Source: Octopus vulgaris
Lineage: Eukaryota
Length of the DNA stretch: 64,000 nucleotides
Assembly (NCBI GenBank): GCA_951406725.2
Contig: OX597823.1
Span: forward strand, 112,592,001-112,656,000
Direction of reading: 5' to 3'
Position numbers and translations under genes: made by a program. This document shows positions 13,031-26,539 of this stretch, one piece after another (within the stretch, counting starts at the first letter, position 1; each line of letters opens with the position of its first letter). Below the pieces are notes generated by a model. It saw only the letters and a list, made by a program, of their open reading frames with translations, had not been told where the DNA came from and made no database searches.

Positions 13031-13129
13031 TTGTTTGAATTAATGTTTCATGTGGGTGGAATATATGTTGTGCTTCCAGTATTGTTTTGCTGTAATGGGC
13101 AGGTATCCTCAAGAACCTCATATCACCAG

Positions 13130-13345
13130 ACATTTTGGCCCATTGTCATCTCTGTGAGGCCCACCATCTTGAAATCGGCCCTCACCACTTCATCCTATGT
13201 CTCCATTGGTCTCTCCCACAGGTGCCATCCTCTTTAAGCAATCAGCACTTCTTTATACAACTGTCTTTATTCCTACGCATCACATGTCCAAGCCAATGCC
13301 GTCTTCTTTCTTGCATGCTACATCTAATTCCTCTGCCTGACTTTG
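13130..13345 (-). mobile_element. Decayed RTE-clade LINE 3' end fragment
   Basis: Minus strand resembles the RTE ORF end (..GTCGRGRP..TW.EVV..D...LGL..), with frameshifts. Confidence 0.55.
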
Positions 13346-13899
13346 AACACGATTGAGATTCTCACGTGGAAACTATAAAATGGTACGCAATCAATTTTGT
13401 AAAATGAAGAGTAGTCTCCCCTGATTTCAACTAAGTTACTTCCCTTGCAAAGTTAAAATTTTTTTTTTTTGCGTCAGTCGAAGCCGCTGACGATATTTTT
13501 TCAAAGCATTTAATTTCGACCTCTTTTTTGTCTTTTTTATTTTTTTTTTCATATTTAATATTTTGGCTGAAATACATCTACATAACAAATTAGTTTTTAA
13601 TGAAGTCTTTAACTATTGGTTTATCACGTATATTTTCTATCACTGCTGTTCCGTTGATGTGGGATTCTACCAAACCCCACATCACTCTCCATCCAATATT
13701 TTCTCTTTTCTTATCATATTAATTATTTCTATTTCTCTGTCCCCTTATCCACCCCCACACCCGTGTATAACAACCATCTTGTAGCCTTAAAGGAGAATCT
13801 TCCAAGTTCGTTTTGAAAAGAATCTTGTAAATAAGTCGATTCCTGACCAGATTGTTTCTCCTGTCTATAATGTAATAGAAAATATTGATATGTCTATTC

Positions 13900-14600
13900 T
13901 TTTATCCTTTTACTTGTTTCAGTCATTTAACTGCGGCCATGCTGGAGCACCATATATGCTGGAGCATATTAGTCAAATGAATCGACCCCCAGGACTTATT
14001 TTTTTATGCTTAGTACTTATTCTGTCAGTCTCTTTTGCCAAACTGCTATGTTATGGGACGTAAACACACCAACACCAGTTGTCATGCAGTGATGGGGGAC
14101 AAGCACAGACGCAAAGACACGCATAGATATATGCATACATGCATATATATGCCGGTGACACGTAAAAAGCACCGTCCGAACATGGCAGATGCCAGTGCCA
14201 CCTGACTGGCGTCAGTGTCAAAAGTCCCAACCGATCGTGGCCATTTGCCAGCCCACTCTGGCCCCTGTGTCGTCGGCACATAAAAAGCACCCACTACACT
14301 CACGGAGTGGTTGGTGTTAGGAAGGGCATCCAGCTGTAGAAACACTGCCAGATCAGACTGGAGCATGGTGCAGCCTCCTGGCTTCCCAGACCCTGGTCGA
14401 ACTGTCCAACCCATGCTAGCATAGAAAACGGACGTTAAACAATGATGATGATGATATATGTATATACGACGGGCTTCTTTCAGTTTCTGTCTACCAAATC
14501 CACTCACAAGCATTTGGTCGTCCCAAGGCTATAGTAGGCCCGAGGTTACATGCTGTGGAATTTGAACCTGCTACTATGTGGTTGGAAAGTAACAACTTAA
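13900..14600 (-). mobile_element. SINE family B containing a nested family C copy (14150-14455, +)
   Basis: Family B halves flank a family C copy inserted in the central (TA/CA)n linker. Confidence 0.8.
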
Positions 14601-15109
14601 TAAAGGATTGATTTGAAATGAATGTGGAGCTCAGTGAAAGGGTATTGATTAAATATAAATGTTTATATCGTTGCTATTATGCAAAAGTGTCGTAAGTCCA
14701 AAACATTGCTTTTTCAGAAAATGAAGAAATAGTTTCACCAATCCATTGCAAAACCGTTGTACTACAATTTGACAATATTTTATATCTTAGCATTTGAAGC
14801 AGCTGGAGATTTGATAATTTGACTACAAGAACCGGCTGTTGCAACCAAAAATAAATATTGAAAAAAAAATGCATTTGACCAAATTTTGGATATACGACAG
14901 TTTAACATAATAGCAATGGTATAATCTCTGGAGTAAAGCAAACACAATAACCAAACAACCAAATGTTTGGGCATCTGCTTACATATTTTCACTTGAAGTC
15001 AACACTGGATTTAGCTGTATTAATAATACTGAGAGGTAAACAGAAGCAGACCTAGCATAGATGGCTGTGAAGTCCTAGGAGTCAAAATCACAAGTTTTCA
15101 TCCTGATAG

Positions 15110-15422
15110 GTACATGGCCCAGTGGTTAGAGTGTTTGGCTTACAATCATGAGGTGATGAGTTCAATTCCTGCACTAGGCTGTGCTTTTGATCAGGACACT
15201 TTATTTCATGTTGTTCCAGTTCACTTAGCTGTAGAAATAAGTTGCTATGTCACTGGTGTTGGCTTTCCCTTGGATAACATTGGTGGTGTGGACAGGAGAA
15301 GCTGACATGCATGGGCAATGCTGGTCTTCCATAAACAACGTTGCCTTGACTTGTGTGATGGAGGGTAACTTTCCTGGTGCAATCCCATGGTCATTCATTA
15401 CTGAAGAGGGTCTTTACCTTTA
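15110..15422 (+). mobile_element. tRNA-derived SINE family D
   Basis: A box tggcccagtgg and B box gagttcaattcc; body related to 51490-51845 (-) and 57335-57690 (-). Confidence 0.75.
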
Positions 15423-16035
15423 TTCTTGCTATTATCAATGCCCATCTATGTTATTAACAATGTAAATTTTTTCACTTAAAGGATATTTCATTTTCTCTTT
15501 ATTTTTCTTCACTGCATTAGTAGTAAAGCCATCTACATATTAATTTTTAGCTCAAAATGTTTTGTTACTTTATATTTCGTAATTATTAAATAAACACTGT
15601 TATTTCATTAAGAAGTTTGCTTCACAACTCATTTTAGATTCAGTGTCCCACTGCATGGCATTTTAGGCATGTGTCTTTTACTTATAAACCCAGGCTAACC
15701 TTGAGTGAATTTGGCTGATGGAAACTGTACAAAGCCCATTATGTATGTATGTATGTGTGTGAGTGTGCATGCTTGCAATTATCTAAATATCTAAATTCTG
15801 TTCTTCATACGAAAAAATCATTGTGCTGTGGATGGTGATGTTTATATCACCCTTTCAGCACAATAGCCAATAGCTCTGTGCTTTCAAGGATGAGCAGAAT
15901 GAAAACATCCTTACTTGAAAAACTGGTATGGGTTAGGGTTTGGAAGGGCATCCAGCTACAAATATTGCCTCTATAATATGAACTCATATGGAATAATTGA
16001 CACGAAATGAATGAACAAACAAATATTCTACCTTG

Positions 16036-16636
16036 TGGTGGTGAGCTGGCAGAAACGTTAGCACGCCGGGCGAAATGCTTAGTGGTATTTCGTCTGTCTT
16101 TACGTTCTGGGTTCAAATACCGCTGAGGTCAACTTTGCCTTTCATCCTTTTGGGGTTGATAAATTAAGTACCAGTTGTGTTCTGAGGTCAATCTAATCGA
16201 CTGGCCCCCTCCCCCAAAATTTTGGGCCTTTTGCATAGAGTAGAAAATAGTAGTAAGTAGCTTGCTTACCAACCACATGGTTCTGGGTTCAGTCCCACTG
16301 TGTGGCACCTTGGTTAAGTGTCTTCTACTATAGCCTCAGGTCAACCAAAGCCTTGTGAGTGGATCTGGTCGACGGAAACTGGAAGAAGCCTGTCGTATAT
16401 GTATATAAATGTTTGTGTGTATATATGTTTGTGTGTCTGTGTTTGTCCCCCCAACATCGCTTGACAACCGATGCTGGTGTGTTTACGTCCCCGTAACTTA
16501 GCAGTTCGGCAAAAGAGACCAATAGAATAAGTACTAGGCTTACAAAGAATAAGCTCGGGGTCGATTTGCTCAACTAAAGGCAGTGCTCCAGCATGGCCGC
16601 AGTCAAATGGCTGAAACAAGTAAACGAATAAAAGAA
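16036..16636 (+). mobile_element. Adjacent SINE family A (16036-16250) and family B (16250-16636)
   Basis: Match the family consensus seen elsewhere in the window. Confidence 0.8.
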
Positions 16637-17099
16637 TATATATATATATATTTAAATAATTTGTGAAGGAACTAGTTTTTCTTAAAAGTTACAAATCTAT
16701 GATATTGATACCCCATTTGGACTACAAATTTGAAGTTATTTTATTGAGTAAGTTGTTGATATAGAGAGCTTAGTGGAAGGAGAATCTCGTTTAGCAATCT
16801 TAGAGTTTAGTGGAGCAATTTTAGGAGAAATGACCATAAAGTTACAATGGATCTATGGCTGAGTCCATTTAACAGTAAGTACCATAGGTTGGGTTTGTGT
16901 ACGACCATTGTCAATGACATCACTATATAGCTTGTGAGGATTTTATTTATTTGGTTTTTTTGTTTGTTCAAAGATCTCCATTTTTTTTTGCCCCGAGTAA
17001 AAAAGTTTCTTGTTTTAGGAGAGAAAAGATGGATCATTGGACGAGCAACTGTAAAATTCTTGCAGTTGACTTGGATTTGTTCTTTGACTTTAACTCATA

Positions 17100-17451
17100 T
17101 ACTCTTTTACTCTTTTACTTGTTTCAGTCATTTTGACTGCGGCCATGCTGGAGCACCACCTTTTTAGTCGAGCAAATCGATCCCAGGACTTATTCTTTGT
17201 AAGCCTAGTACTTATTCTATCGGTCTCTTTTGCCGAACCGCTAAGTTACGGGGACGTAAACACACCAGCATCGGTTGTCATGCGATGTTGGGAGGACAAA
17301 TACAGACACACACACACATACGCATACATATATCACGTGACCGGCCAGACCATCAGATGTAGTTACACATCGCTGGTCACAATGCGTTCCCATTGTTTTA
17401 GCCTTCGAATGATGCCACCCCGCTGCCTAAGCGAGCAGGCCACATACATGC

Positions 17452-17495
<44 letters not shown>

Positions 17496-17660
17496 GACGT
17501 GCTTCTTTCAGTTTCCGTCTACCAAATCCACTCACAAGGCTTTGGTCGGCCCGAGGCTATAGTAGAAGACACTTGCCCAAGGTGCCATGCAGTGGGACTG
17601 AACCCGGAACCATGTGGTTTGTATGCAAGCTACTTACCACACAGCCACTCCTACGCCTAT
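17100..17660 (-). mobile_element. Full-length SINE family B with a ~110 bp insert in the linker
   Basis: Close match to the other B copies; extra segment at ~17335-17445. Confidence 0.82.
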
Positions 17661-18229
17661 ATGTATATGGATTTTTAACTGAGGAGGAGGAGGCGCCGCC
17701 GCCGCCCCCCGCTTCTCCAAGAAAGACAGCAACCTTGTCACCGTCTTAGCTGACTTAATGATGATATTTCTACTCTTGCTACACCACCTCTCCGAAAGAT
17801 ATTAACCTTGATTGAAGAACTCTAATAAGACCAAAGCGTGTTGAGAGTTATCTCCCGTACTTGCAGAAATAATTAAAATATTATTAGTTATTGTGTGATA
17901 TTGTCTTCTTTTTTTTTTTTTTACCTACGTAATAATATCCATCTTTGTAAGATACCAGCTTTAAATATTGTAACTCTGCTTAATTATTGTTTTTGTAACC
18001 ATTGTTCTCATTTTATTCATTAAAATACATGAATATATTTGTCGATTATGATACACTGTCAATAATGACATTCTGCTCCTAATCTAGTGTTAACAATAAC
18101 GAGCTGTATCTGCTCATCGGAGAAACATTTGGCGGATTCATGTCAAAATTATATTCATAACTCATTTCGCTACGACATAGCTAAGGGAGGTAACCTGTAA
18201 GTAATTTTACAAGAGTTATGTTATCATAA

Positions 18230-18620
18230 GTCTATTCTGTTTCAGTCATTTTATTGCGGCCATAGCGAAGTATCAGCTCGAAGTGTTTTTTAGTCGAAGG
18301 AATCGATCCCAGGACTTCTTTCTTTCTTTTTCTTTTTTTTATTATTTTGAAGCCTGGTATTATTCCTTCGGTCTTTTTTTGCTGAATCGTTATTTTACGG
18401 GGACGTAAACACACCAACACCGGTTGCCAAGCAGTGATGGGACACACACATATACAATAGGAATCTTGCAGTTTCCTTCTACCAATTCCACTTACAAGGC
18501 TTTGGTTGGCCTAAGGCTATAGTGGAAGACACTTGCCAAAGGTGCCACACGGTGGGACTGAACCCAGAACCATCTAGTTGGGAAGCATGCTTCTTACCAC
18601 ACAGTCATCCCTCCGCCTAT
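18230..18620 (-). mobile_element. Diverged SINE family B
   Basis: Similarity to the family B consensus. Confidence 0.72.
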
Positions 18621-19519
18621 ATACTTTCATTTATTCATTCTAATTGTAAATTAAAATTTTAAATGCTTGCTTTTGAAGTTCTTCCACTTGCAGTGCCCCC
18701 TCCCCCAACTTCATTAAAGAAATTCAGAGTTGACTGTTGGATCAATCATTAAGTTGTTTGTAACGCAGTGTCACTCTGTACTCAGGAGCTGGGCTGTGTC
18801 TGGTTACTTCGTATGGTTTGGGAGCATCAGCTCAGACTATTTCATCATGTTACATGATTTTCTGAGCTGGACTCCACATATCATGTTCTCTCCTCTGAGG
18901 ATCCCGCTGTGATGATGCCTTTGTGTTGGTCAACCACATGACAAAAGTACCTTGTTGAAATGTAGACTGAGTGGGATTCTGTTCGATCGGTGCTTGACCA
19001 AATACCAACAAATGGCAATGGCAATGGTCTGCTGCAATGGCACATGACTCTAAATAAAAGAGTGGGTCAGACAATTTCATCTATGTACACACACACACAC
19101 ACACACACACATTGTCATCATTTGTTTAATGTCCACTTTTCCAACATTTCATGCAACAGACGGAATTGCTCCAGGCAGATTTTCTATGTCCAGACACCCA
19201 TCATTTTACTTGTTTCCAAATAAGATATCTTCCCCGTGGCCAGGAATGGAAGACTGGCAAACAGCATTGCTTGTATAATGGTGACACGCATTTTAGAACT
19301 ATCATATGATGTCATGTCAAAGACATACATTACACACATGAGCACGTGCATACTTACATACAGGCACACACACACTTTCTCTCTCTCTCTCTCTCTCTCT
19401 CTTTCTCACACACACAAGCGCCTTTCAGTTACTGTTAACAAAATCTGCTCCAAAGGCTTTGGTCTGCCCAGGGACCTAATAAAAGACAAGAAGAGTAAAT
19501 TGCTTATGGCATCCTAGAC

Positions 19520-19683
19520 CAGTACTCTGCGACCAGTGTGCCATGGAACACTGGTGTGCTGCAGTGTAACCAGAATATTATTTTTTTTCCTATACTTTTA
19601 GTTAGGTTTTTAGTTCAGGTGTGCCACCAAATTTTGTAAAGAATATAAGTGTACCACAAGTGAAAAAAGGCCACAGAGCACTG
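19520..19683. mobile_element. hAT-type MITE (164 bp)
   Basis: Perfect 8-bp TSD tcctagac (19512-19519 and 19684-19691); TIRs cagtactctgcgacc / ggccacagagcactg. Confidence 0.88.
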
Positions 19684-19877
19684 TCCTAGACTCTGATAGA
19701 ACTCTGAAAGGACGTCAGAATTCTTGGTCAAGTTTGATAGAGCCGATGTAAAGTAATGACATTTAGTGTTGAATACACACAGCCGTTTGCAATGACTTAC
19801 TGTTGTATATTGCCAGTTGTGTAGTTGTGACATGTAGTGGTATGTAATGATTTATGTATAGCAAAGACATTGTATTC

Positions 19878-20280
19878 TTATTTCTTTATTGCCCACAAGG
19901 GGCTAAACATAGATGGGACAAACAAGGACAGACAAAGGAATTAAGTCGATTACATCGGCCCCAGTGCGCAACTGGTACTTAATTTATTGACCCTGAAAGG
20001 ATGAAAGGCAAAATCGACCTCGGCCGAATTTGAACTCAGAACGTAGCAGCAGACAAAATACCTATTTCTTTACTACCCACAAGGGGCTAAACACAGAGAG
20101 GACAAACGGATTAAGTCGATTATATCGACCCCAGCACGTATCTGGTACTTAATTTATCGACCCCGAAAGGATGAAAGGCAAAGTCGACCTCGGCAGAATT
20201 TGAACTCAGAACTTAGCGGCAGACGAAATACCGCTAAGCATTTCGCCTGGCGTGCTAATGCTTCTGCCAGCTCGCTGGCT
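19878..20280 (-). mobile_element. Dimeric SINE family A
   Basis: Two tandem units; flanked by a ~28-bp duplication tatgtatagcaaag(a/g)cattgtattctta (19853-19880, 20281-20308). Confidence 0.85.
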
Positions 20281-21154
20281 TATGTATAGCAAAGGCATTG
20301 TATTCTTACTGTTGTATAATCACTATTGTATACCAATGACAAGCAGTTGTATTGTACAATATTGCACAGTTATGTTCTGTATAGTTACTTTCATAATACA
20401 GTGGTGCACGGTGTTGTATATAATTAGGACATATGTGGTGACTGCTAATATAGATAATAGATGTTGATCTGTGACAAGATCATCATCATCATCGTTTAAC
20501 GTCCGTTCTCCATGCTAGCATGGGTTGGACGGTTCGACTGGGGATCGGGGAAGCCAGAAGGCTGCACCAGGCTCCAGGCAATGTTTCTACAGCTGGATGC
20601 CCTTCCTAATGCCAACCACTCCGTGAGTGTAGTGGGTGCTTTTTACGTGCCACACGAGGCTGACAACGGCCACGGTCGGATTGGTGCATTTTAAGTGCCA
20701 CCAGCACAGAAGCCAGTTGAGGTGGCACTGACATCAGCCACGATTCGGATGGTGCTTTATACGTGCCACCGGCACATATAATTTGTAAAGAAATTCGCAT
20801 GAAAATATAACCAGCTTAGGTGGAGAGTTGACACCATTCTATATTTCTACCTCAGCTATAACAGCTAGCATTCCCCATGTTAAGAATGTGGTCGTTATTC
20901 TCTGACTGGTTTTGGTGTGAAATAGCATCACACTCTGGTAAGCTCATAGAATGGCTGTGATGTTTTTTGTAACATGCCCCTGCCCCCCACACTTGTGTCA
21001 TTTCATAAATTTAGTCTTTGGTTTCCAACGATATTGAGATGTACTTATTTTGTTTTTACACACGTAGTTTGTTGCTCTCTCTCTCGCCCTCCCCTTCTCT
21101 CTCTCTCTCTCTCTCTTCATATATATATATATATATATCTATATATAACGGCAG

Positions 21155-21930
21155 TTTGTCTGTGTGGTAAGTAGCTTGCTTACCAACCACATGGTTCTGG
21201 GTTCAGTCCCACTGCGTGGCACCTTGGGCAAGTGTCCTCTATAGCCTCAGGCTGACCAAAGACTTGTGCGTGGATTTGGTAGATGGAAACTGAAAGAATC
21301 CTGTCGTATATATGTATATATATGTGTGTGTGTGTGTGTTTTTGTGTCTGTGTCTGCCCCTCCCCAACATTGCTTGACAACCAATGCTGGTGTGTTTACG
21401 TCCCCGTGACTTAGGAGTTCGGCAAAAAAGACCGATAGAATAAGTACTATGCTTACAAAGTATAAGTCCTGGGGTCGATTTGCTCGACTAAAGGTGGTAC
21501 TCCAGTATGACCACAGTCAAATTACTGAAACAAGTAAAAGAGTACAACATACATACATAGGCAGGAGTGGCTGTGTGGTAAGTAGCTTGCTTACCAACCA
21601 CATGGTTTTGGGTTCAGTCCCACTGCATGGCGCCTTGGGCAAGTGTCTTCTATAGCCTCAGGTTGACCAAAGCCTTGTGAGTGGATTTGGTAGACGGAAA
21701 CTGAAAGAATTGTATGTATACGTATATATATGTGTGTTTGTGTGTCCGTGTTTGTCCCCCCAACATCGCTTGACAACCGATGCTGGTGTGTTTACGTCCC
21801 CGTAACTTAGAGACCGATAGAATAAGTACTACGCTTACAAAGTATAAGTCCTGGGGTCGATTTGCTCGTGTAAAGGTGGTACTCCAGTATGACCACAGTC
21901 AAATGACTGAAACAAGTAAAAGAGTAAAGG
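21155..21930 (+). mobile_element. Two tandem SINE family B copies
   Basis: 21155-21545 and 21558-21930 share private variants (aagtataagtcc, ggtggtactccagtatgacc), suggesting local duplication. Confidence 0.82.
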
Positions 21931-23039
21931 GTATATGCTGACTTCGAAGTTTTGGCTAGGTAATCCATCCTAAACTAGTCGTATGATGGTTTAGCTGGCC
22001 GAACCTTCGAAGTTACTGTCAATACTCCCCTTGTTAAAGAAGGATAAATTTGTACTATACCAAAAGTATTAAGCAATCCTTCAGTTCAGCGTAAAATTTG
22101 ATTTTATTACAACGTAAAAGCATTGACATGTGTGTGTGTGTAGGTGGAGGAGAGAGAGAGATTTGCGTGGCGTTATTGATTGCACGTAATGGCAGACAGC
22201 TTCAAGTAATTCTCAAAAAGGAAGTCCCAGTAATCCAAAATTTAAATATGGCAAGAGTAATTTCCCTTGTTTTCCGGGGAAGTAATTCAGGTTCACTCGT
22301 TTTTGAAATTTCCTCAACGGCATCTTTTTTTAAGAAGTACTTCAACATATATAGCCACGTGTATGTGCGTGTGCGCCACCCCTCTTCCTGTCTGTCTGTC
22401 TGACTGTCTCTCTCTCCATACACACACACACATGTGGCTGTGTATTGGTCGTGTGTAAGCAGGGGTAGGGTATTTTACCATCTTCACTAACATACCGTGT
22501 TACTTGTCAGCAACAACATAGGGAAAGTTCAGCAATTACATGAAAATAATTAACTTAACTTCTGCTATGCAGTTGGTGTTATGTCCAGGTTGAAAAGTGG
22601 AACAGCTGTGAAGGTTTGAAAACTGGCAATGGCTTTGTTTTCTTATCCCCAAACCTTAATAGTTTGGTAAAAGTAGCTGGCATGAATTTGTAACAGGATG
22701 AAGGTCTCGGGAACACTTGAGGGGTGTCGGTCTTATCCTGTTACATTCAATTGTGTCGAAAGGAAAACCAAAACTTCGATTATCTTCAACAGCAATAAAT
22801 AATACTTTATTTCGTCTGGATTCGCAAATAAAATATATACACATACATTTTCTTCAGGGTGAACCAGTAGCCAAGTCCATAACACTATTCACAATTGTTA
22901 ACTTGTGTGAGCCAAAATGCTGTCTCCGTTCCTGCGTAGAAGGAGGCTTCTCTACGTGTTAGGTTTTCCTTTGAGAGAAGGTTGAGTCGTGTCCACTCGA
23001 TAGGGCTGCAGTTTCTAAAAGACCGATCTAGCAGGAAAA

Positions 23040-23160
23040 CTTTCTGTTGGCAGTTCTCTGCGCATGCTCATGAAGGAACTTCCGGCGGCCTACCAGAAGT
23101 AATCCAACTCTGCGCATGCACGCTGAAAACTTCCAAAATAGCGTCACTACAAATTCTTTT
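23040..23160. promoter_or_regulatory. Putative housekeeping-type promoter (2x NRF1-like, ETS)
   Basis: tgcgcatgctca 23059-23070, tgcgcatgca 23111-23120 and acttccgg 23078-23085 clustered in unique, CpG-richer sequence. Confidence 0.45.
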
Positions 23161-23615
23161 GACGATGACCCTTCACACACAGAGAGATAGATAGATAGAT
23201 AGAGAGAGAGATGTGTGAAAGAACAGACTGATAAACGGTTGGATGAAGTTGGCGTTTATAAGTAAAGGCAACCACTGGCTTCGATTATTAGGCAGAAACT
23301 ACTTTGTGACATTCTCTTTGGAATTCCTCAAAATTTTGTAATTCTATCTTCTACTAACATGTCATCATCATCATCATCATCATCATCATTTTACCGTTCA
23401 CTTTTCTTATGCTTGTATGGATTAGATGGAGTGTATTGAGGCAGATTTTCTATGGTTGGGTGCCTTTCCTGTTGCCAACCCTCTACTTGGTTCCAAGGGA
23501 CTAATATTTCCCTATGGCCAGACATGTTTTCACAGGATATTGGAAATGAATGGCATCCATTTGCAACATTAAATGATATCAAGACAAGAAGACACAGACA
23601 GACTCACATACTCTA

Positions 23616-23710
<95 letters not shown>

Positions 23711-23891
23711 GTCACACATACACTCATACATACACGGATCACATTAAGTCAATATAAATATATGTGTGTATACACTCATACATATACATGTATGTATGTT
23801 TATATGTATATATGACAAGCTTCTTTAAGTTTCTGTGTACCAAATTCACTCACAAGGTTCTGACCAGCCTGGGGCCATAGTAGAAGAGACA

Positions 23892-25173
23892 TACTGAACT
23901 GTGTGTGTAAAAAGTAAGCAGTGTTTTGAAACATGAAATTCATCGCAATATATTTCAACAATTCAGAAATTTTATTCATCAAAGTAAGAACCATTGCAAT
24001 CAACACATTTTTTGCTGAGTTACAAGTTTGTTTATTCCGGTAACATACAAATCTGGAGTTCTGGAGGAGATGAACACTTTGTATGTACTTTCAGCATCGG
24101 TTTGATTTTTGAACTCCTTTTCTTGCAGGAAAATATCAAGATACTTGAAAGAGTAGTAGTCGGTATGAGAGAGGTCTGGTGAATAAGCTGGGTGGAGAAG
24201 AACTTCATAGCCAAGTTCCCTCAACTTCTGGAGCATCATTAATGAAGCGTGTGGTCGAGCATTGTCATGAAGAATGACTGGCCCTCTTCTGTTGACCAGT
24301 GTGGGACAGAGGAGTTGCAGTTTTTTGTTCATTTTGGCAATAGCATGGCAATGAGTTTCTGCAGTAATGGTTTTTTTCTGGGTTTTAAGAAGCTACAGTA
24401 GATGAGTCCAGCAGTACACCACCAGACAGTCACCTTAACCTTCGTTTTGAAGAGCTTGGGTTTAGGGAAGGTTTCCGGTGCTTCATTTTGGTCCAACCAC
24501 TGCGAAGAATATTTTATATTATTGTAAAGAATCCATTTTTCATCCCAAGTTACAATACGGTCAGGAAATGGATTGGTTTAGTTACAGAGAAGAAGCAATG
24601 AGCAAATTTCATATCTCTGTATTTTCTGATTTTCATTCAAATCGTGTGGTATCCATTTGTTGTGCATTTTTTGATTTTCCGATCACATGCAGATGGTTGC
24701 TGGCAGTTTTCTGGATAAATTGAAGTTCTTTTGCCAGTTCTCAAATGGTTTTACATCGATCTTTCTCAATGATGGTCTTTAATTGACCGTCATTGATGAC
24801 AGATGGGTGTCCACTATGCTCACGATCTACAAGGCTCAGGTCTCCACTGTGATATCATTTAAACCATATTCGAGCTGACCACTCACTGGTCATTTCCTCA
24901 CCAAATGTTTCATTGATATCATGAGCAGTTTCTACTGCTTTACATTCTTTTTTGAAGTTGAATAGCAAAATTGCTTGAATATCACACTTTGACAGTTCCA
25001 TTTCAGATGATTGTAACAATGGTGGGAAAAACATCAATGTTAATTTATTGATGCATTTCGGCAAGTCTATGTCTGTATTATCAGACAATTCCAAAAAATT
25101 GTTTAAAAACAATTCAAAACTCTGCACATAACTGGTACACATTCTTCATTGCTTACTTTTCACTCAACTTGAT
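23892..25173 (-). mobile_element. Decayed mariner (Tc1/mariner) transposon with transposase pseudogene
   Basis: ATG at 25001 (MELSKCDIQAILLFNFK...), IVTWDEKWILYNN at ~24520-24570, ILHDNARPH and HPAYSPDLSHTDY in 24000-24332; frameshifts and stops; degenerate TIRs share aaaagtaagca; TA at the ends. Confidence 0.92.
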
Positions 25174-25400
25174 ATATATATATATATATATGTAAAATGA
25201 AAAAAAGGAAAACGCACAAACCTGACATAGTTTTAATATATATTTTAATATATTTTGTATTTCTCAACTGGTTTCACTTTCAATAATCATGATATTGAGA
25301 TTAAGAAAATATGAAATTATAATAGTTTCAATGCCAAGGATTAGCAAAAGCAAAACTGGTTGACAAACACAATACAAAATATATTAAAAATACATTAAAA

Positions 25401-25855
25401 AATATATTGTTTTCTACTCTAGGCACAAGGCCTGAAATTTTGCACGGAGGGGGGCCAGTCGATTAGATTGACCCTTGTATGCAACTGGTACTTAATTTAT
25501 CAACCCCGAAAGGATGAAAGGCAAAATTGACCTCAGTGGAATTTGAACTCAGAACATAAAGACAGACAAAATACTGCTGAGGATTTCGCCTGGCATGCTA
25601 ACATTTCTGCCAGCTTGCCACCTTATAATATTTTTTTCTTTTCTACTCTAGGCATAAGGCCTAAAATTTTTGGAGAGGGGGTCAGTCAATTTAATTGACC
25701 TCAGTACACAATTGGTACTTAATTTATCGGCCCTGATAGGATGAAAGACAAAGTCGACCTCTGTGGAATTTGAGCTCAGAATGTAAAGACAGACGAAAGA
25801 CCTTTAAGCATTTTGCCCAGCATGCTAATATTTCTACCTGTTCGGTGTCTTACAT
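25401..25855 (-). mobile_element. Two tandem family A SINEs inserted into an AT-rich inverted-repeat element (25191-25930)
   Basis: 17-bp duplication ttaaaaatacattaaaa at 25384-25400 and 25856-25872. Confidence 0.8.
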
Positions 25856-25984
25856 TTAAAAATACATTAAAACTATGTAAACTGTGTGTATTTTCCTTCT
25901 TTTATTTATATATATATTTTTTGCATTACAACTCACCAAATGGGGATAATCGAAATTTCTCCCTTTGTGTTACTATATATATGT

Positions 25985-26535
25985 ATCTATTTCTTTACTA
26001 CCCACAAGGGGCTAAACACGGAGGGGACAAACAAGGACAGACAAACAGATTAAGTCGATTATATCGACTCCAGTGTGTAACTGGTACTTATTTAATCGAC
26101 CCCGAAAGGATGAAAGGCAAAGTCGAACTCGGCGGAATTCGAACTCAGAACGTAACGGCAGACGAAATACCGCTAAACATTTCGCCCGGCGTGCTAACGT
26201 TTCTGCCAGCTGCCAGCTCGCCTACTATATATATGTATCATCATCATCATCGTCATCGTTTAACGCTCACTTTCCATGCTAGCATGGGTTGGACGATTTG
26301 ACTGAGGTCTGGCGAACCAGATGGCTGCACCAGACTCCAATCTGATCTGGCAGAGTTTCTACAGCTGGATGCCCTTCCTAACACCAACCACTCCGAGAGT
26401 GTAGTAGGCTTTTTTATGTGCCACCGGCATGAAGGTCAGTCAGGCGGTACTGGCAACGGCCACGCTCAAATGGTGCTTTTCATGTGCCACCTGCACAGGA
26501 GCCAGTCCAGTGGCACTTGCAATGACCTTACTTGA
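25985..26535 (-). mobile_element. SINE family A (25985-26224) next to family C (26235-26535)
   Basis: Family consensus matches. Confidence 0.8.
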
Positions 26536-26539
26536 ATGT

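Noticed and set aside
15110-15185. tRNA genes at SINE heads (also 32656 and 45640)
   Set aside because: A/B boxes are present but there is no intact cloverleaf, and each continues into a repeat body.
24000-25142. Functional SETMAR-like domesticated gene
   Set aside because: Multiple stops and frameshifts, no SET domain and TIR remnants present; an ordinary dead mariner.
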